Shown: piece after piece, positions 7,851-16,958 of the stretch | How the letters are laid out: each line of letters begins with the position of its first letter | Position numbering within the stretch: the first letter of the stretch is position 1 | Source of the DNA: an uncultured Acetobacteraceae bacterium | GTDB lineage: Bacteria; Pseudomonadota; Alphaproteobacteria; Acetobacterales; Acetobacteraceae | DNA: 64,000 nucleotides | NCBI GenBank assembly: GCA_964236585.1 | Contig: CAXSFE010000002.1 | Span: forward strand, 8,171-72,170 | Reading direction: 5' to 3' | The notes under the pieces: model-generated | Told to the model about the DNA's origin: nothing | What the model saw: only the letters and a program-made list of their open reading frames with translations | Databases searched by the model: none | Made by a program: the position numbers and the translations under genes

Positions 7851-9086
7851 TCAGTCGTTCATCGGATACGACCCCATCAGCCGCCGCTGCAGCAGCCACA
7901 GCCGCGCCATCTCCGGCACCCCGCTCGGCCTGGTGCCGCGCCTGCGCATCTCGCGCCCGATCTCGAACGCCGCGCGGTAGTGGGCGAACTGCGTGGCGTA
8001 GGCCTCGCGCAGGCTGGTCCGGGGGTCCCAGATGTGGGTGGCCTCGGAGCCGACGCCGTTGATCTCGATCACCCGCACCTCGCCGCGGCGCAGCGCGTCC
8101 AGGTCGCGGAAGCGCAGGTCCACCCGCCCGAAGTGGAAGTCCGGCAGGGAGCGCATCAGCGCGTCGACCCGCTCGGCGAGCGCGGGCGTGGCCAGCGCGG
8201 TGCCGTTGCGGAACTCAGACCCCTTGCAGTGGTTGCCGGCGAACACCAGCCGGACGGTCTCGCCGGCCGCCGGCACGCTCTCGAGCCGCGCGCGCAGCCG
8301 GGGCAGGTAGATGCCGGGCACCCGGCCGTGGCGCGGGTGGGCGAGGATCAGCGCGCGCAGGGTGGAGGCGCCGTCGCCCCTGACCGACGGCGCGTGCTTG
8401 AGCGTGACCGAGGTCAGGCGCCCCCGCGCCTCGTCGGGCCGGCGCTGGTAGAACACCCCCGCCTCGCCTTCCCACGGAACCAGCTCCTGCAGCACCAGCG
8501 CCACGCCGCGCGGGAAGGCGGCCAGCGCCCCGGCCAGCGCGGCCTCGTCGGAGGCGAGGCGCACGCCGGTGCCGTTGCAGCCGATGTCCGGCTTGACCAC
8601 GACCGGCAGGGCGAGGCCGCCGGCGCGCATCGCGGCGCGCGCTCGCAGGGCATCCGCCTCGCCGGTGACCAGGGTGACGTAGGGCGCGATCAGCGAGCGC
8701 GCCTCGCCGCGCGACTGGTCGAGGATCGAGGTCTTGCTTTCGCCGCACAGCCCGCCGGTGGCGACGTGGGGGTTCGCCGCGGTGGGCAGGCTGAAGCCGC
8801 CGTGGCGGAGGCCCAGCGCGATCCAGTGCGCGACCACCGGGATGTAGAACAGCCAGCCCGGCCAGAACTCGAACGGGGACACCACGCGGGCGCCGCGCCG
8901 CGCCGGCCGCTGCTGGCGGAACGGCAGCGCCAGCCGCTCCAGGCCGCCGGCGAGGACGTCGGGCAGGCCGCCGCGGCGCCCTGCAGCGGCGGCCGCCCCC
9001 TCGCGCGTCGCCGGGTCGTGCGCCGTGCGCGTGGCCAGAGTGTCCAGCGCCCCGCTCGCGGCCAGAGTGTCCAGCGTCTCGCTCAT
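7851..9086 (-). CDS. membrane-anchored ATP-grasp domain protein (carboxylate-amine ligase-like)
   Basis: Starts at ATG 9084-9086 (MSETLDTL...), which overlaps the DedA stop as ATGA. A hydrophobic helix WPGWLFYIPVVAHWIALGL is followed by ATP-grasp-like segments (LPVVVKPDIGCNGTGV, VIEINGVGSE). Confidence 0.65.
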   Translation of the reverse strand: MSETLDTLAASGALDTLATRTAHDPATREGAAAAAGRRGGLPDVLAGGLERLALPFRQQRPARRGARVVSPFEFWPGWLFYIPVVAHWIALGLRHGGFSLPTAANPHVATGGLCGESKTSILDQSRGEARSLIAPYVTLVTGEADALRARAAMRAGGLALPVVVKPDIGCNGTGVRLASDEAALAGALAAFPRGVALVLQELVPWEGEAGVFYQRRPDEARGRLTSVTLKHAPSVRGDGASTLRALILAHPRHGRVPGIYLPRLRARLESVPAAGETVRLVFAGNHCKGSEFRNGTALATPALAERVDALMRSLPDFHFGRVDLRFRDLDALRRGEVRVIEINGVGSEATHIWDPRTSLREAYATQFAHYRAAFEIGREMRRRGTRPSGVPEMARLWLLQRRLMGSYPMND

Positions 9087-9661
9087 GGCGTATCCCCCTG
9101 CATCCTGGCGACGATGCGCCCCATCGCCACGATCACCAGCGCGAAGCCGATCGCCCCGATCCATCGCCACGCGCCGAGGTAGTCCACCAGCACCTGCCCG
9201 ACGCGCAGCGAGATGCCGAACAGCAGCGACGTCCAGATCAGCGTCGCGATCACCGCCGCCAGCGCGAAGCGGCGGAAGCTCGCCGACAGGAAGCCGCAGG
9301 CGGTGTAGGTCGGCAGCCGCGCGCCGGGGATGAACCGGCTGATGAACACGACGCGGAACACGTGGCGGTCCAGCCACTCCCGCCCGTGGTCCTGCCGGCG
9401 CTGCGCCACCAGCCCGCGCAGCCGGGGGAAGCTCGCCGCCAGCCGCCCGAGGCCGTACAGCCCCATGTCGCCGACGACGATGCCGACGTAGAGCGCGCCC
9501 AGCGCCACCATCCATGACAGCGAGGAGTCCTGCACCCGCATCGCGGCCAGCACGGTCGCGGCGTCCTCCAGGATGAAGGTGCCGACGATGACGAGGCCCG
9601 CCTGGACGAAGGGCGAGCGGCCGGCGAGGTCGAGCAGGCCGGCGATGGAGCCGCCGAACAC
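9083..9661 (-). CDS. DedA/VTT-family inner-membrane protein
   Basis: 192 aa with multiple hydrophobic helices. A DedA-like signature is present: VVFISRFIPGARLPTYTACGFL. Confidence 0.8.
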   Translation of the reverse strand: MFGGSIAGLLDLAGRSPFVQAGLVIVGTFILEDAATVLAAMRVQDSSLSWMVALGALYVGIVVGDMGLYGLGRLAASFPRLRGLVAQRRQDHGREWLDRHVFRVVFISRFIPGARLPTYTACGFLSASFRRFALAAVIATLIWTSLLFGISLRVGQVLVDYLGAWRWIGAIGFALVIVAMGRIVARMQGDTP

Positions 9662-9677
9662 GCGATCAGCCCGCCCG

Positions 9678-9737
9678 GCCCGGCTGGTTCAGCCCACGCT
9701 GGCTCAGCCCAGGTTGGTTCAGCCCAGGCTGGTTCAG
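9678..9737. repeat. 15-bp tandem repeat, 4 units (GGCTGGTTCAGCCCA-like)
   Basis: The units are 9678-9692, 9693-9707, 9708-9722 and 9723-9737, with 1-3 substitutions each. Each unit contains GGCTG-GTT-CAGCC. The array lies 17-76 nt upstream of the DedA start. Confidence 0.8.
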
Positions 9738-10003
9738 CAAGGCGTGCCCTCTCGTTCCGGCCGGGCGGGCCGGGTCCTGCGACGCGCCGCGATGCCGGCG
9801 CGAGCCGTCCATACCGGGCCGGCCCCGTCGCGTCACCCCAACTTTCCGCCACAAAGCGTCTCATGCAGTGCGACGTCGCCTCGCACCACCCGCGACAACC
9901 CCCTGCGCGGACTGCCGTCGCGTGACCTCACATCCAGGTTTCCAGGGGCAAGCCTCCCGCGGGGTTCGAGGCGCCTGCTCGAGGGCAGGGCCTCACCCTT
10001 GCT

Positions 10004-11206
10004 TCACCGGTCCCAGCGACAAGGCAGGGTGGCATATACGGCCGCCTCGAACGCCCGGCTGGCCGAAAGCGCGCCCGGATCGGCGAACGGCAGCAGCGGC
10101 GTGAGCAGCACGCCGCAGACTCCCCGCGCCGCGTCCACCCAGAAGAAGGTGTTGGTGATGCCGCCCCAGGAGAGGGTGCCGACGCCGCGCCCGCCCGGCG
10201 ACGGCGCGGTGTCCACGAGCCCGCCCAGGCCCCAGCCCGGCTCCCCGCCCTCCAGCGCGACGTCGCACGACACGTCCGGCCGCGCCGTGGGCAGGCCCGT
10301 CGGGCGCAGGCCGCCGATCTGGTGCGTGGCCATCGCGCACACCGTGTCCGCGCGCAGCACCCTGGCGCCGTCCAGCTCGCCCCGGCCGAGCAGCATCCGC
10401 GTGAGCCGCAGCATGTCGCCCGCCGTGGAGAACAGGCCCGACCCGCCGCTCCGGTACTCGCCCGCCTGCTCGCAGGGCAGGTCGACGCCGCGCACGCCCT
10501 CCGCGAAGCGCCGGCAGGTGGGCACCAGGCGGACGGCGTGCCCTGCGTCCAGCTCGAAGGCGGTGTCCGCCATCCCCAGCGGCCGCAGCAGGCGCTCGGC
10601 CATCACGTCCTGCAGCGTCCGGCCGGTCGCCGCCTCGATCGCGCGCCCGACCCAGTCGCCGGACATGCCGTACAGCCAGCGCTGGCCGGGGTCGAACACC
10701 AGCGGCAGCCGCAGGCCCGCGAGCGTGCGCGCGAGCGCCGGCGGCGCGCCGGTCTGGCGCCGGAAGCGGAGCAGCGTGGCGTCCCAGAACTCGTAGCCGA
10801 CCCCGGCGGTGTGGGTCAGCAGGTGATGCAGCGTGACCGGGCGCGAGGCGGGGCGCAGGATCGGCGCGCCGTCGCGCGAGAAGCCCTCCAGCACCTGCGG
10901 CGCGGCCAGCTCCGGGAGCAGGACGCCGAGCGGCCCGTGGAGCGGCAGCAGCCCGTCCTCCACCAGTGCAAGCGCCACCACCGCGGTGGCCAGCTCGGTC
11001 ATCGCCGCGACCCAGAACACGCTGTCCGCGCCCACCTCGGCGGATGCGCCCCCGGATGCGCCCTCGTACAAAATGCCGTCCCGCGTCGCCGCCGCCGCGG
11101 CCACGAGCGGCACCAGGCCGTCTGCGACCGCCCTGTCGAGCGCCGTCTCGAGCCGCTCCGCCGCGGACCCGCGACGCGACACCTCTGCGGAGCGGTCGTC
11201 CTGCAT
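10004..11206 (-). CDS. beta-lactamase/esterase-fold (serine hydrolase family) protein lacking the S-x-x-K motif
   Basis: 400 aa with a class C/EstB-like layout, including WLYGMSGDWVGRAIE and LSWGGITNTFFWVD. The position expected to read S-M-T-K reads A-M-T-E (FWVAAMTELATAV). I verified this on the DNA at about 10981-11020. Confidence 0.75.
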   Translation of the reverse strand: MQDDRSAEVSRRGSAAERLETALDRAVADGLVPLVAAAAATRDGILYEGASGGASAEVGADSVFWVAAMTELATAVVALALVEDGLLPLHGPLGVLLPELAAPQVLEGFSRDGAPILRPASRPVTLHHLLTHTAGVGYEFWDATLLRFRRQTGAPPALARTLAGLRLPLVFDPGQRWLYGMSGDWVGRAIEAATGRTLQDVMAERLLRPLGMADTAFELDAGHAVRLVPTCRRFAEGVRGVDLPCEQAGEYRSGGSGLFSTAGDMLRLTRMLLGRGELDGARVLRADTVCAMATHQIGGLRPTGLPTARPDVSCDVALEGGEPGWGLGGLVDTAPSPGGRGVGTLSWGGITNTFFWVDAARGVCGVLLTPLLPFADPGALSASRAFEAAVYATLPCRWDR

Positions 11207-13218
11207 CAGCGGTGCCTGGCGCGACGCACGGGCGTCACCACGGAGCGGGTGGACACCGGGTGGGCCACGACCGGCGCGGCCGAGTCCGCGGCGGCCTGGG
11301 CGCAGGCGTTGCCCTCGCCGGTGCCGAACTGGATCGTCGGCAGCAGTGCGGCCGGCCCCGCCAGGATGCCGAGCCCGACCGCCGCCCCGGTGCGGGCGGC
11401 CACCTCGATGCCCGGCATCACGCTCGGCGAGGACAGCGTGCCGCCGATGTTGATCGGCCCCGGCAGCGAACCGATCGAGAAGTGCGTCGAGCGGGTGTCC
11501 AGCGCGAGGTCAACCTTCTCGCCGTCGAAGTTGATGTCGCCGGTCGCCGTGGTGCGCTCCTCCGAGGTCTGCAGCAGGAACACCTTGGTGTGCAGCAGGC
11601 CGTTGTTCAGCACGAAGTCCGAGACGAAGCACTGCACCTTCGCCTTCTGCGGGATGCCCAGCGCCGAGAGGATCGCCTTGCCGAACTCCAGCCCGGCGAT
11701 GTTGAGCAGCAGCGCGCTGAGGTCGCCGCCGCCGCTCATCGACAGCTTCAGCCCGCCGTTGCCGGTGCCCATGACCTGCGCCACCGAGGTGCCGGCGCCG
11801 TCGATCTTGGCCTCGCCGGTGACGGTGCCGTCGCCCGCGAAGCTGTGCGTCGACGCCATGATCTTCGCCAGGCTCAGGTTGCGGAACGACACGTCGCTGT
11901 TGATCCGCTTGGCCGGCGCGTCGATCGCGATGTCGGCCAGTATCTCGCCGTTGCCGAGGCCGAACTTTAGCGGGTGGACGTTGATCTTGCCGTCGACGAC
12001 ATCGATCCTGAACGAGATGTTGTCCATCGGCACGTACTTGTTGATGATCTTGTCGCCGTGATACTGCACGTGCAGGTCGGCCGCCTTCACCACCGGCAGG
12101 TTGATCGGCTTGTCCGGCAGGAAGTGGCCGCTGTGCTCCGCCTTGGCGACGCGCTCCTTCGTCTCCGGCGCCTCGTGCGCCGAGCCGGAGGCGCGGCCCG
12201 GGGCGGTGCCGATGAAGCCGCCCAGGTCGGCCAGGTCGACGCGCCTCGACTCGAGGTTCATGTCCACGACCGGCTTCTCGCCGCCCATCGCCACGTCGAT
12301 GTCCCCGCCCAGGTCGCTCTCGCCGACCTTGCCGGCGAACTGGTGGAACTGCACCGCCTTCTTGCCGGCGTCGTAGGCGAGGTTGCCGGCGATGCTGTAC
12401 GCCGGGGTCTCGGGGATCGGGATGCCGGTCAGCGGGAACAGCAGCGACATGTCCGGCCCGCTCAGCCCGAGCTTGAGCCGCGCGCCCTCGAAGTGCAGCG
12501 GGTCGTCGACCGTGCCGACCAGCGTGACCTTCGTCGGCCCGTTCTCCAGGTGCAGGTCGACCGGATACGGCTCCTTGCGGTCCTGCAGGCTCAGCAGCGC
12601 CCCGGCCACCAGGCCGCCGGTGATAGGCTGGTCGGAGTAGCGGCCCTTCAGGGCGGCCACGATGCGCGGGCCGGTGTCGCCGCTGGCCTCGCGCGTGCTG
12701 ACGTCCAGGCCGACCGCGGACTTGGCCTTGGCGTCGGTGAACTGCACGTGGGTGTCGGCGATGCGCAGGTCGCCGATCTGCGGCGTGGCGCTGGTCTTCG
12801 CCGGCGCGGACCCGGCCGGCTTCGCGCTGCCCAGCGTCCAGTTGTTGCGCCCGTCCGGCAGCGAGGTGGCGACGACCTGGCCGCCGTCGACGGCGATCAC
12901 CGGCAGCACCAGGGCACGGCTGCGGATGTAGGCCATCACGTCCGCGCTGATGGTCAGGGTGCGCGCGGTGGCGAACGGCTTCTCCTCGGGGAAGTCCGCG
13001 GGCTCCGCGACCACGGGGTCGTCGACGGTCACGGTGGTGACGCGGCCGAGGTGGACGTGGAGGTGGCTGAGGGTGACCTTGCGGCCGAGCGCCGAGGACG
13101 CCTGCGCCTCGACCAGGGGCACGAACCAGTCCCAGCGCCAGAACACCGCCAGAAGCGCGATCGCAACGATCGGGACGCCCACCAGGAAGGGCCAGAGCCG
13201 TATGCGAGACTGCGCCAT
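11206..13218 (-). CDS. AsmA-family outer-membrane biogenesis protein
   Basis: Starts at ATG 13216-13218 (MAQSRIRLWPFLVGVPIVAIALLAVFW), giving a single N-terminal anchor. The rest is a long beta-rich periplasmic region typical of AsmA. Its stop overlaps the start of the downstream gene by 1 nt. Confidence 0.75.
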   Translation of the reverse strand: MAQSRIRLWPFLVGVPIVAIALLAVFWRWDWFVPLVEAQASSALGRKVTLSHLHVHLGRVTTVTVDDPVVAEPADFPEEKPFATARTLTISADVMAYIRSRALVLPVIAVDGGQVVATSLPDGRNNWTLGSAKPAGSAPAKTSATPQIGDLRIADTHVQFTDAKAKSAVGLDVSTREASGDTGPRIVAALKGRYSDQPITGGLVAGALLSLQDRKEPYPVDLHLENGPTKVTLVGTVDDPLHFEGARLKLGLSGPDMSLLFPLTGIPIPETPAYSIAGNLAYDAGKKAVQFHQFAGKVGESDLGGDIDVAMGGEKPVVDMNLESRRVDLADLGGFIGTAPGRASGSAHEAPETKERVAKAEHSGHFLPDKPINLPVVKAADLHVQYHGDKIINKYVPMDNISFRIDVVDGKINVHPLKFGLGNGEILADIAIDAPAKRINSDVSFRNLSLAKIMASTHSFAGDGTVTGEAKIDGAGTSVAQVMGTGNGGLKLSMSGGGDLSALLLNIAGLEFGKAILSALGIPQKAKVQCFVSDFVLNNGLLHTKVFLLQTSEERTTATGDINFDGEKVDLALDTRSTHFSIGSLPGPINIGGTLSSPSVMPGIEVAARTGAAVGLGILAGPAALLPTIQFGTGEGNACAQAAADSAAPVVAHPVSTRSVVTPVRRARHR

Positions 13219-13451
13219 GAAGCGGCCGATCCTCCGGGATGTCGCCAGCGCACGCAACGCCCGGCCGCGGCAGGGGGTTCCGGCAGCGCCGTGCGCCGGC
13301 GCCCGTCGCCCCTGGGCCCTTCGCCCGCCCGGGTCGCCGGGCCCGCCGCGCCGCCGGGGGCGCCGTGCGACCCGGCCGCGATCCGGCGGAGGCCTTCCAA
13401 AGCGGGCCCGCGCTGCTATAGGTCGGGCACCCGGAGGAATGCAGGGCATCC

Positions 13452-14066
13452 ATGCGCCGAGACATCCCGCCCTACGAAGGCCTCACCCGCCTGGTGCTGG
13501 CAGACCGGATCGCGCGCTACGCCTGGACGGTGGGCGACCACAGCTACGGGCACCCGAAGGTCCTGGAGGAGGCCGGCGGGCCGCTCTCGATCGGGCGGTT
13601 CTGCTCGATGGCGGCCGTCACCATCATCCTGGGCAACCACGTCGGCTCGAACGCGAGCACCTACCCGTTCGATTCGTTCCGCCCCTACTGGCCGAACATG
13701 ACGGACGCCTCGTGCCACAGGGCGAGGGGTGTCACCGTCGGCTCGGACGTGTGGCTCGCCGAGGGCGCGATGCTGATGCCGGGGGCGCAGGTCGGCCACG
13801 GCGCGATCGTGGGCGCGGGCTGCGTCGTGCGGGGCGAGGTGGCGCCGTACGCGATCGTCGCCGGCAATCCCGCCACCATCGTCCGCAGCCGCTTCGACCC
13901 CATCACGGTCGCGCGCCTGCTGCGCACCGCCTGGTGGGACCGCACCGACGAGGAGATCAACGAGCTGGTGCCGCTGCTGGTCACCAGCGACCTGGAGCCC
14001 CTGCTGCGCACCCTGGAGGCCGGCCCAGTGCCCGGGTCCGCCCGCGAGGGCATGGCCACGCTTTAG
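13452..14066 (+). CDS. hexapeptide-repeat xenobiotic acetyltransferase (CatB/Vat family)
   Basis: IGRFCSMAAVTIILGNHVGSNASTYPF, followed by left-handed beta-helix repeats (VGSDVWLAEGAMLMPGAQVGHGAIVGAGCVV). Confidence 0.8.
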   Translation: MRRDIPPYEGLTRLVLADRIARYAWTVGDHSYGHPKVLEEAGGPLSIGRFCSMAAVTIILGNHVGSNASTYPFDSFRPYWPNMTDASCHRARGVTVGSDVWLAEGAMLMPGAQVGHGAIVGAGCVVRGEVAPYAIVAGNPATIVRSRFDPITVARLLRTAWWDRTDEEINELVPLLVTSDLEPLLRTLEAGPVPGSAREGMATL

Positions 14067-14116
14067 GCTGCCCCGGACCTATATGGCGACCGGTTGCGTT
14101 GATCCCAGCAGGCGAA

Positions 14117-14238
14117 GCAGGGCTGGGCTCTGCCCAGACCCGCCAGGGGCGAGCCGCCCCTGGACCGGCCTCACTTAAGTCCGGGTTTCCAAAGGCTAGC
14201 CTTTGGCGGGGTCCAGGGGCAGAGCCCCTGGCCTTGCC
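14117..14238. repeat. mosaic palindromic element (R5)
   Basis: GCAGGGCTGGGCTCTGCCCAG + CCAGGGGCGAGCCGCCCCTGG, a CTTAAG centre, then CCAAAGGCTAGCCTTTGG + CCAGGGGCAGAGCCCCTGG-CCTTGCC. It lies between convergent stops. Confidence 0.9.
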
Positions 14239-14247
14239 TCGCCTCCC

Positions 14248-15363
14248 CTAGGGCCGTCCGGCGGCCGGCGAAACTCCGGGCCGCGGGTGCAGCAGGGCCG
14301 CGAGCCGGGTCGCGACCTGCGGGGCGATGCGCGCCAGGCTGTTCGGGCCGGAGGGGTGCAGCGTCGTGCCGTCCACGCCGAACGCCGGGTCGAGCATCCC
14401 CGTTGTGTCGACGTAGGCGACCCTGGCCGGCTCCGCGCACCGGGCGATGCCGGCCACCAGCGCGTCGGCCTGCATGCCGCCGAACGGGCGCAGCACGGCG
14501 ATCCGCGCGGCCGGGTAGAGCGCGAGGAGCCCGTCGAGCGTGCGCGCCAGCGCCGACGCGACCTCTGCCGGCGCCGCGTGCACGTCGTTGGTGCCCTCGT
14601 TGAGCACGACCAGGGCGATGCCAGCGTCCCTGCGCCGCGCCACGTCCGGGAGGAGGCGGTCGTAGGTGGCGGGCAGGGCGGGCACGCCGCCGCTGCCCGA
14701 CACGGTCAGGCCGGTGCCGCCGAAGCCGATGACCCCGGCCTCCACGCCGAGCAGGGCGCGCTGCGCGTATGCCCAGCCCATGATGGCGTCGTTGCGGTCG
14801 GTGTCGTGCGGGGCCGTCTCGTTGACCGTGCGCACGCCCTCGGTGATCGAGTCGCCGAAGAACAGCACCCGCGTGCCCAGTGCGGCAGGCGCCGCGGCCA
14901 CCGCCCCGCGGGCCAGCGTCAGGCCGGCGAACACGACCGTGGTGGGGCCTGGCGTGGACCAGCGCGGCAGCTCCTCCGAGGTCGACTTCACCACCACCTC
15001 CAGCAGGTGGTAGGGCAGCGCCGCCGTGTCGGCGGGCAGCGCGGGGGCGATGCTCGGCGCCACCTCCGCCCGGGTCCAGGGCGACTGCGCGGAGTACCCG
15101 TCGATCCGGTAGTAGAGCTGGGGCAGCGGCGCCCGGTTGGCGGCGGTGGAGAAGCCGAGCGCCAGGCTCGACCCGGTGAACAGCGTGCTGAAGTACGCGC
15201 CGGCGTTGAGGGTGGCCGCCCCGGAGGGGGTCACGCTCCAGTTGCCCGGCGAGTAGAGGATGGCCGGGTCGTCGGGCGCGACCGTCGTCTGCGCGAGGGC
15301 CATGGGCGACGCCGCCGCCAGGGCGGCCGCCGTCAGCACGGCGGCCACGACACGCTTCGACAT
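14248..15363 (-). CDS. secreted SGNH/GDSL-family hydrolase
   Basis: Starts at ATG 15361-15363 with a signal peptide (MSKRVVAAVLTAAALAAASPMALA). Carries block I FFGDSITEG, block III NEGTND and block V DGTTLHPS. Confidence 0.75.
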   Translation of the reverse strand: MSKRVVAAVLTAAALAAASPMALAQTTVAPDDPAILYSPGNWSVTPSGAATLNAGAYFSTLFTGSSLALGFSTAANRAPLPQLYYRIDGYSAQSPWTRAEVAPSIAPALPADTAALPYHLLEVVVKSTSEELPRWSTPGPTTVVFAGLTLARGAVAAAPAALGTRVLFFGDSITEGVRTVNETAPHDTDRNDAIMGWAYAQRALLGVEAGVIGFGGTGLTVSGSGGVPALPATYDRLLPDVARRRDAGIALVVLNEGTNDVHAAPAEVASALARTLDGLLALYPAARIAVLRPFGGMQADALVAGIARCAEPARVAYVDTTGMLDPAFGVDGTTLHPSGPNSLARIAPQVATRLAALLHPRPGVSPAAGRP

Positions 15364-15485
15364 GGATGCCCCCAGGGTCGTTGGAAGCGGGAAGGCCGGC
15401 CGCGCATGTGGCCGCCTTGCGGACGAGGCACGGGGGCCGGCCCCTGGCGGGGTTCGCGACGGGGCGGCGCCTCTGCCCTGCCGGC

Positions 15486-16958
15486 CTATTCCGCGAACGC
15501 CGCCAGCAGCCGCGCGTGCGAGCGCATCCCCGCGTGGAGGCAGCGCAGCTCGAACTTCTCGTCCGGCCCGTGCACCTGGTCGTCCTCCAGGCCGAAGCCC
15601 ACCAGCAGGCTGTCGATGCCGAGCACGCGGCGCAGCTGCTCGACCACCGGGATCGAGCCGCCGGAGCCGATCAGCACCGCGGGCCGGCCGAACTCGGCGG
15701 CCAGGGCGGCGCGCGCGGCGGCCACCCAGCGGCTGGCGGACGCCACCTCGAAGCCCGGCGAGCCGCTGTAGGCCTCCAGGGTGGTGGCGGTCCCCGGCGG
15801 CGCGTGCGCGGCCGCGAAGTCGCGGAACAGGGCGACGATCCGGTCGGGGTCCTGGCCGGGCACCAGGCGGAAGGACACCTTGGCGCCTGCCTCGGCCGGG
15901 ATCACCGTCTTGCTGCCGGGGCCCTGGTAGCCGCCCCAGATGCCGTTGACCTCCGCGGTCGGGCGGGCCCACAGCCGCTCCAGGCCGCCGCGGCCGCGCT
16001 CGCCCGAGGGCGGCGAGGACGGGGCCGACACGCCGATGCCGGCGAGGAAGGCCGCCTCGTCGAAGCCCAGCGCGCGCCATTCGGCGAGCTGGGCGGGCGC
16101 GGGCTCGGCGACGCCGTCGTAGAAGCCGGGCAGGGCGACGCGGCCGTCGGCGTCGTGCAGGGCGTCCAGGATGCGCGCGAGTGCGGCGATCGGGTTGGGC
16201 GCGGAGCCGCCGTACATGCCGGAGTGCAGGTCGCGCGAGGCGCCGCGCACGGTGAGCTGCGTGTAGGCGAGGCCGCGCAGCCGGGTGGTGATCGCCGGGG
16301 TGTCGATGTCCCACATGCCGGTGTCGGAGATGACCGCGACGTCGGCGGCGAGCGCCTCGCGGTGCTCGGACAGGAACGCCTCCAGGCTGGGGCTGCCGAC
16401 CTCCTCCTCGCCTTCCAGCAGCACGGTGACGCGCACGGGCGGGCCGCCCGCGACCTCGTGCCAGGCGCGCAGGGCCTCGAGCCACGTCATGACCTGGCCC
16501 TTGTCGTCCACGGCGCCGCGCGCGACCACGCGCCGTCCGCGCGGGCCGTCGACCACGACGGGCTCGAACGGCGGGCTGGTCCACGGCGCCAGCGGCTCCG
16601 CGGGCTGCACGTCGTAGTGGCCGTAGAGCAGCAGGTGCGGGCCGGGCGCAGCCCCTGCGCCGCCGGCCCGTGGCAGGCCGTCGTGGTGGGCGAGCACGAT
16701 CGGCTGCCCCTGGGTCGCGTGCACGCCCACCGCGAAGCCGATCGCCTCGAGCCGGGCGCGCGCCCAGTCGGCGGCGCGGGCGCAGTCGGGGTCGTGGTCG
16801 CGCTGCGCGCTGACGCTGGGGATGCGCAGGAACTCCACAAGCCGTGCGGTCGCAGCCTCCAGGCCGGCGTCGAGGTGGCGCAGCACCCCGGCCAGCACCG
16901 TGTCCGGCGCGGGCACGTCCTCGGTCGCGGCCGGGCGGCCCTGGTCGGGTGCGGTCAT
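15486..16958 (-). CDS. M20-family metallopeptidase (dipeptidase / ArgE-DapE-like)
   Basis: Starts at ATG 16956-16958 (MTAPDQGRP...), overlapping the TetR stop as ATGA. Metal-ligand motifs are present: LLLYGHYDVQP, GAVDDKG, LEGEEEVGS. Confidence 0.85.
   Translation of the reverse strand: MTAPDQGRPAATEDVPAPDTVLAGVLRHLDAGLEAATARLVEFLRIPSVSAQRDHDPDCARAADWARARLEAIGFAVGVHATQGQPIVLAHHDGLPRAGGAGAAPGPHLLLYGHYDVQPAEPLAPWTSPPFEPVVVDGPRGRRVVARGAVDDKGQVMTWLEALRAWHEVAGGPPVRVTVLLEGEEEVGSPSLEAFLSEHREALAADVAVISDTGMWDIDTPAITTRLRGLAYTQLTVRGASRDLHSGMYGGSAPNPIAALARILDALHDADGRVALPGFYDGVAEPAPAQLAEWRALGFDEAAFLAGIGVSAPSSPPSGERGRGGLERLWARPTAEVNGIWGGYQGPGSKTVIPAEAGAKVSFRLVPGQDPDRIVALFRDFAAAHAPPGTATTLEAYSGSPGFEVASASRWVAAARAALAAEFGRPAVLIGSGGSIPVVEQLRRVLGIDSLLVGFGLEDDQVHGPDEKFELRCLHAGMRSHARLLAAFAE

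Noticed and set aside
9666-9854. A 62-aa ORF ending 5 nt before the DedA start, with LNQPG pentapeptide repeats, as a leader peptide.
   Set aside because: Outside the repeat the ORF is Arg-rich shadow-frame-like and has no ribosome-binding site. The periodicity is explained by the 15-bp DNA tandem repeat.
14171-14440. Short ORFs that recur with near-identical peptides such as [30 protein letters not shown] and PPLDRHDL. Examples are 14171..14440, 37185..37799, 62304..62996 and 6388..6738.
   Set aside because: The shared peptides are just translations of the palindromic intergenic element in various frames. They appear on both strands, and the ORFs have no independent coding signal.
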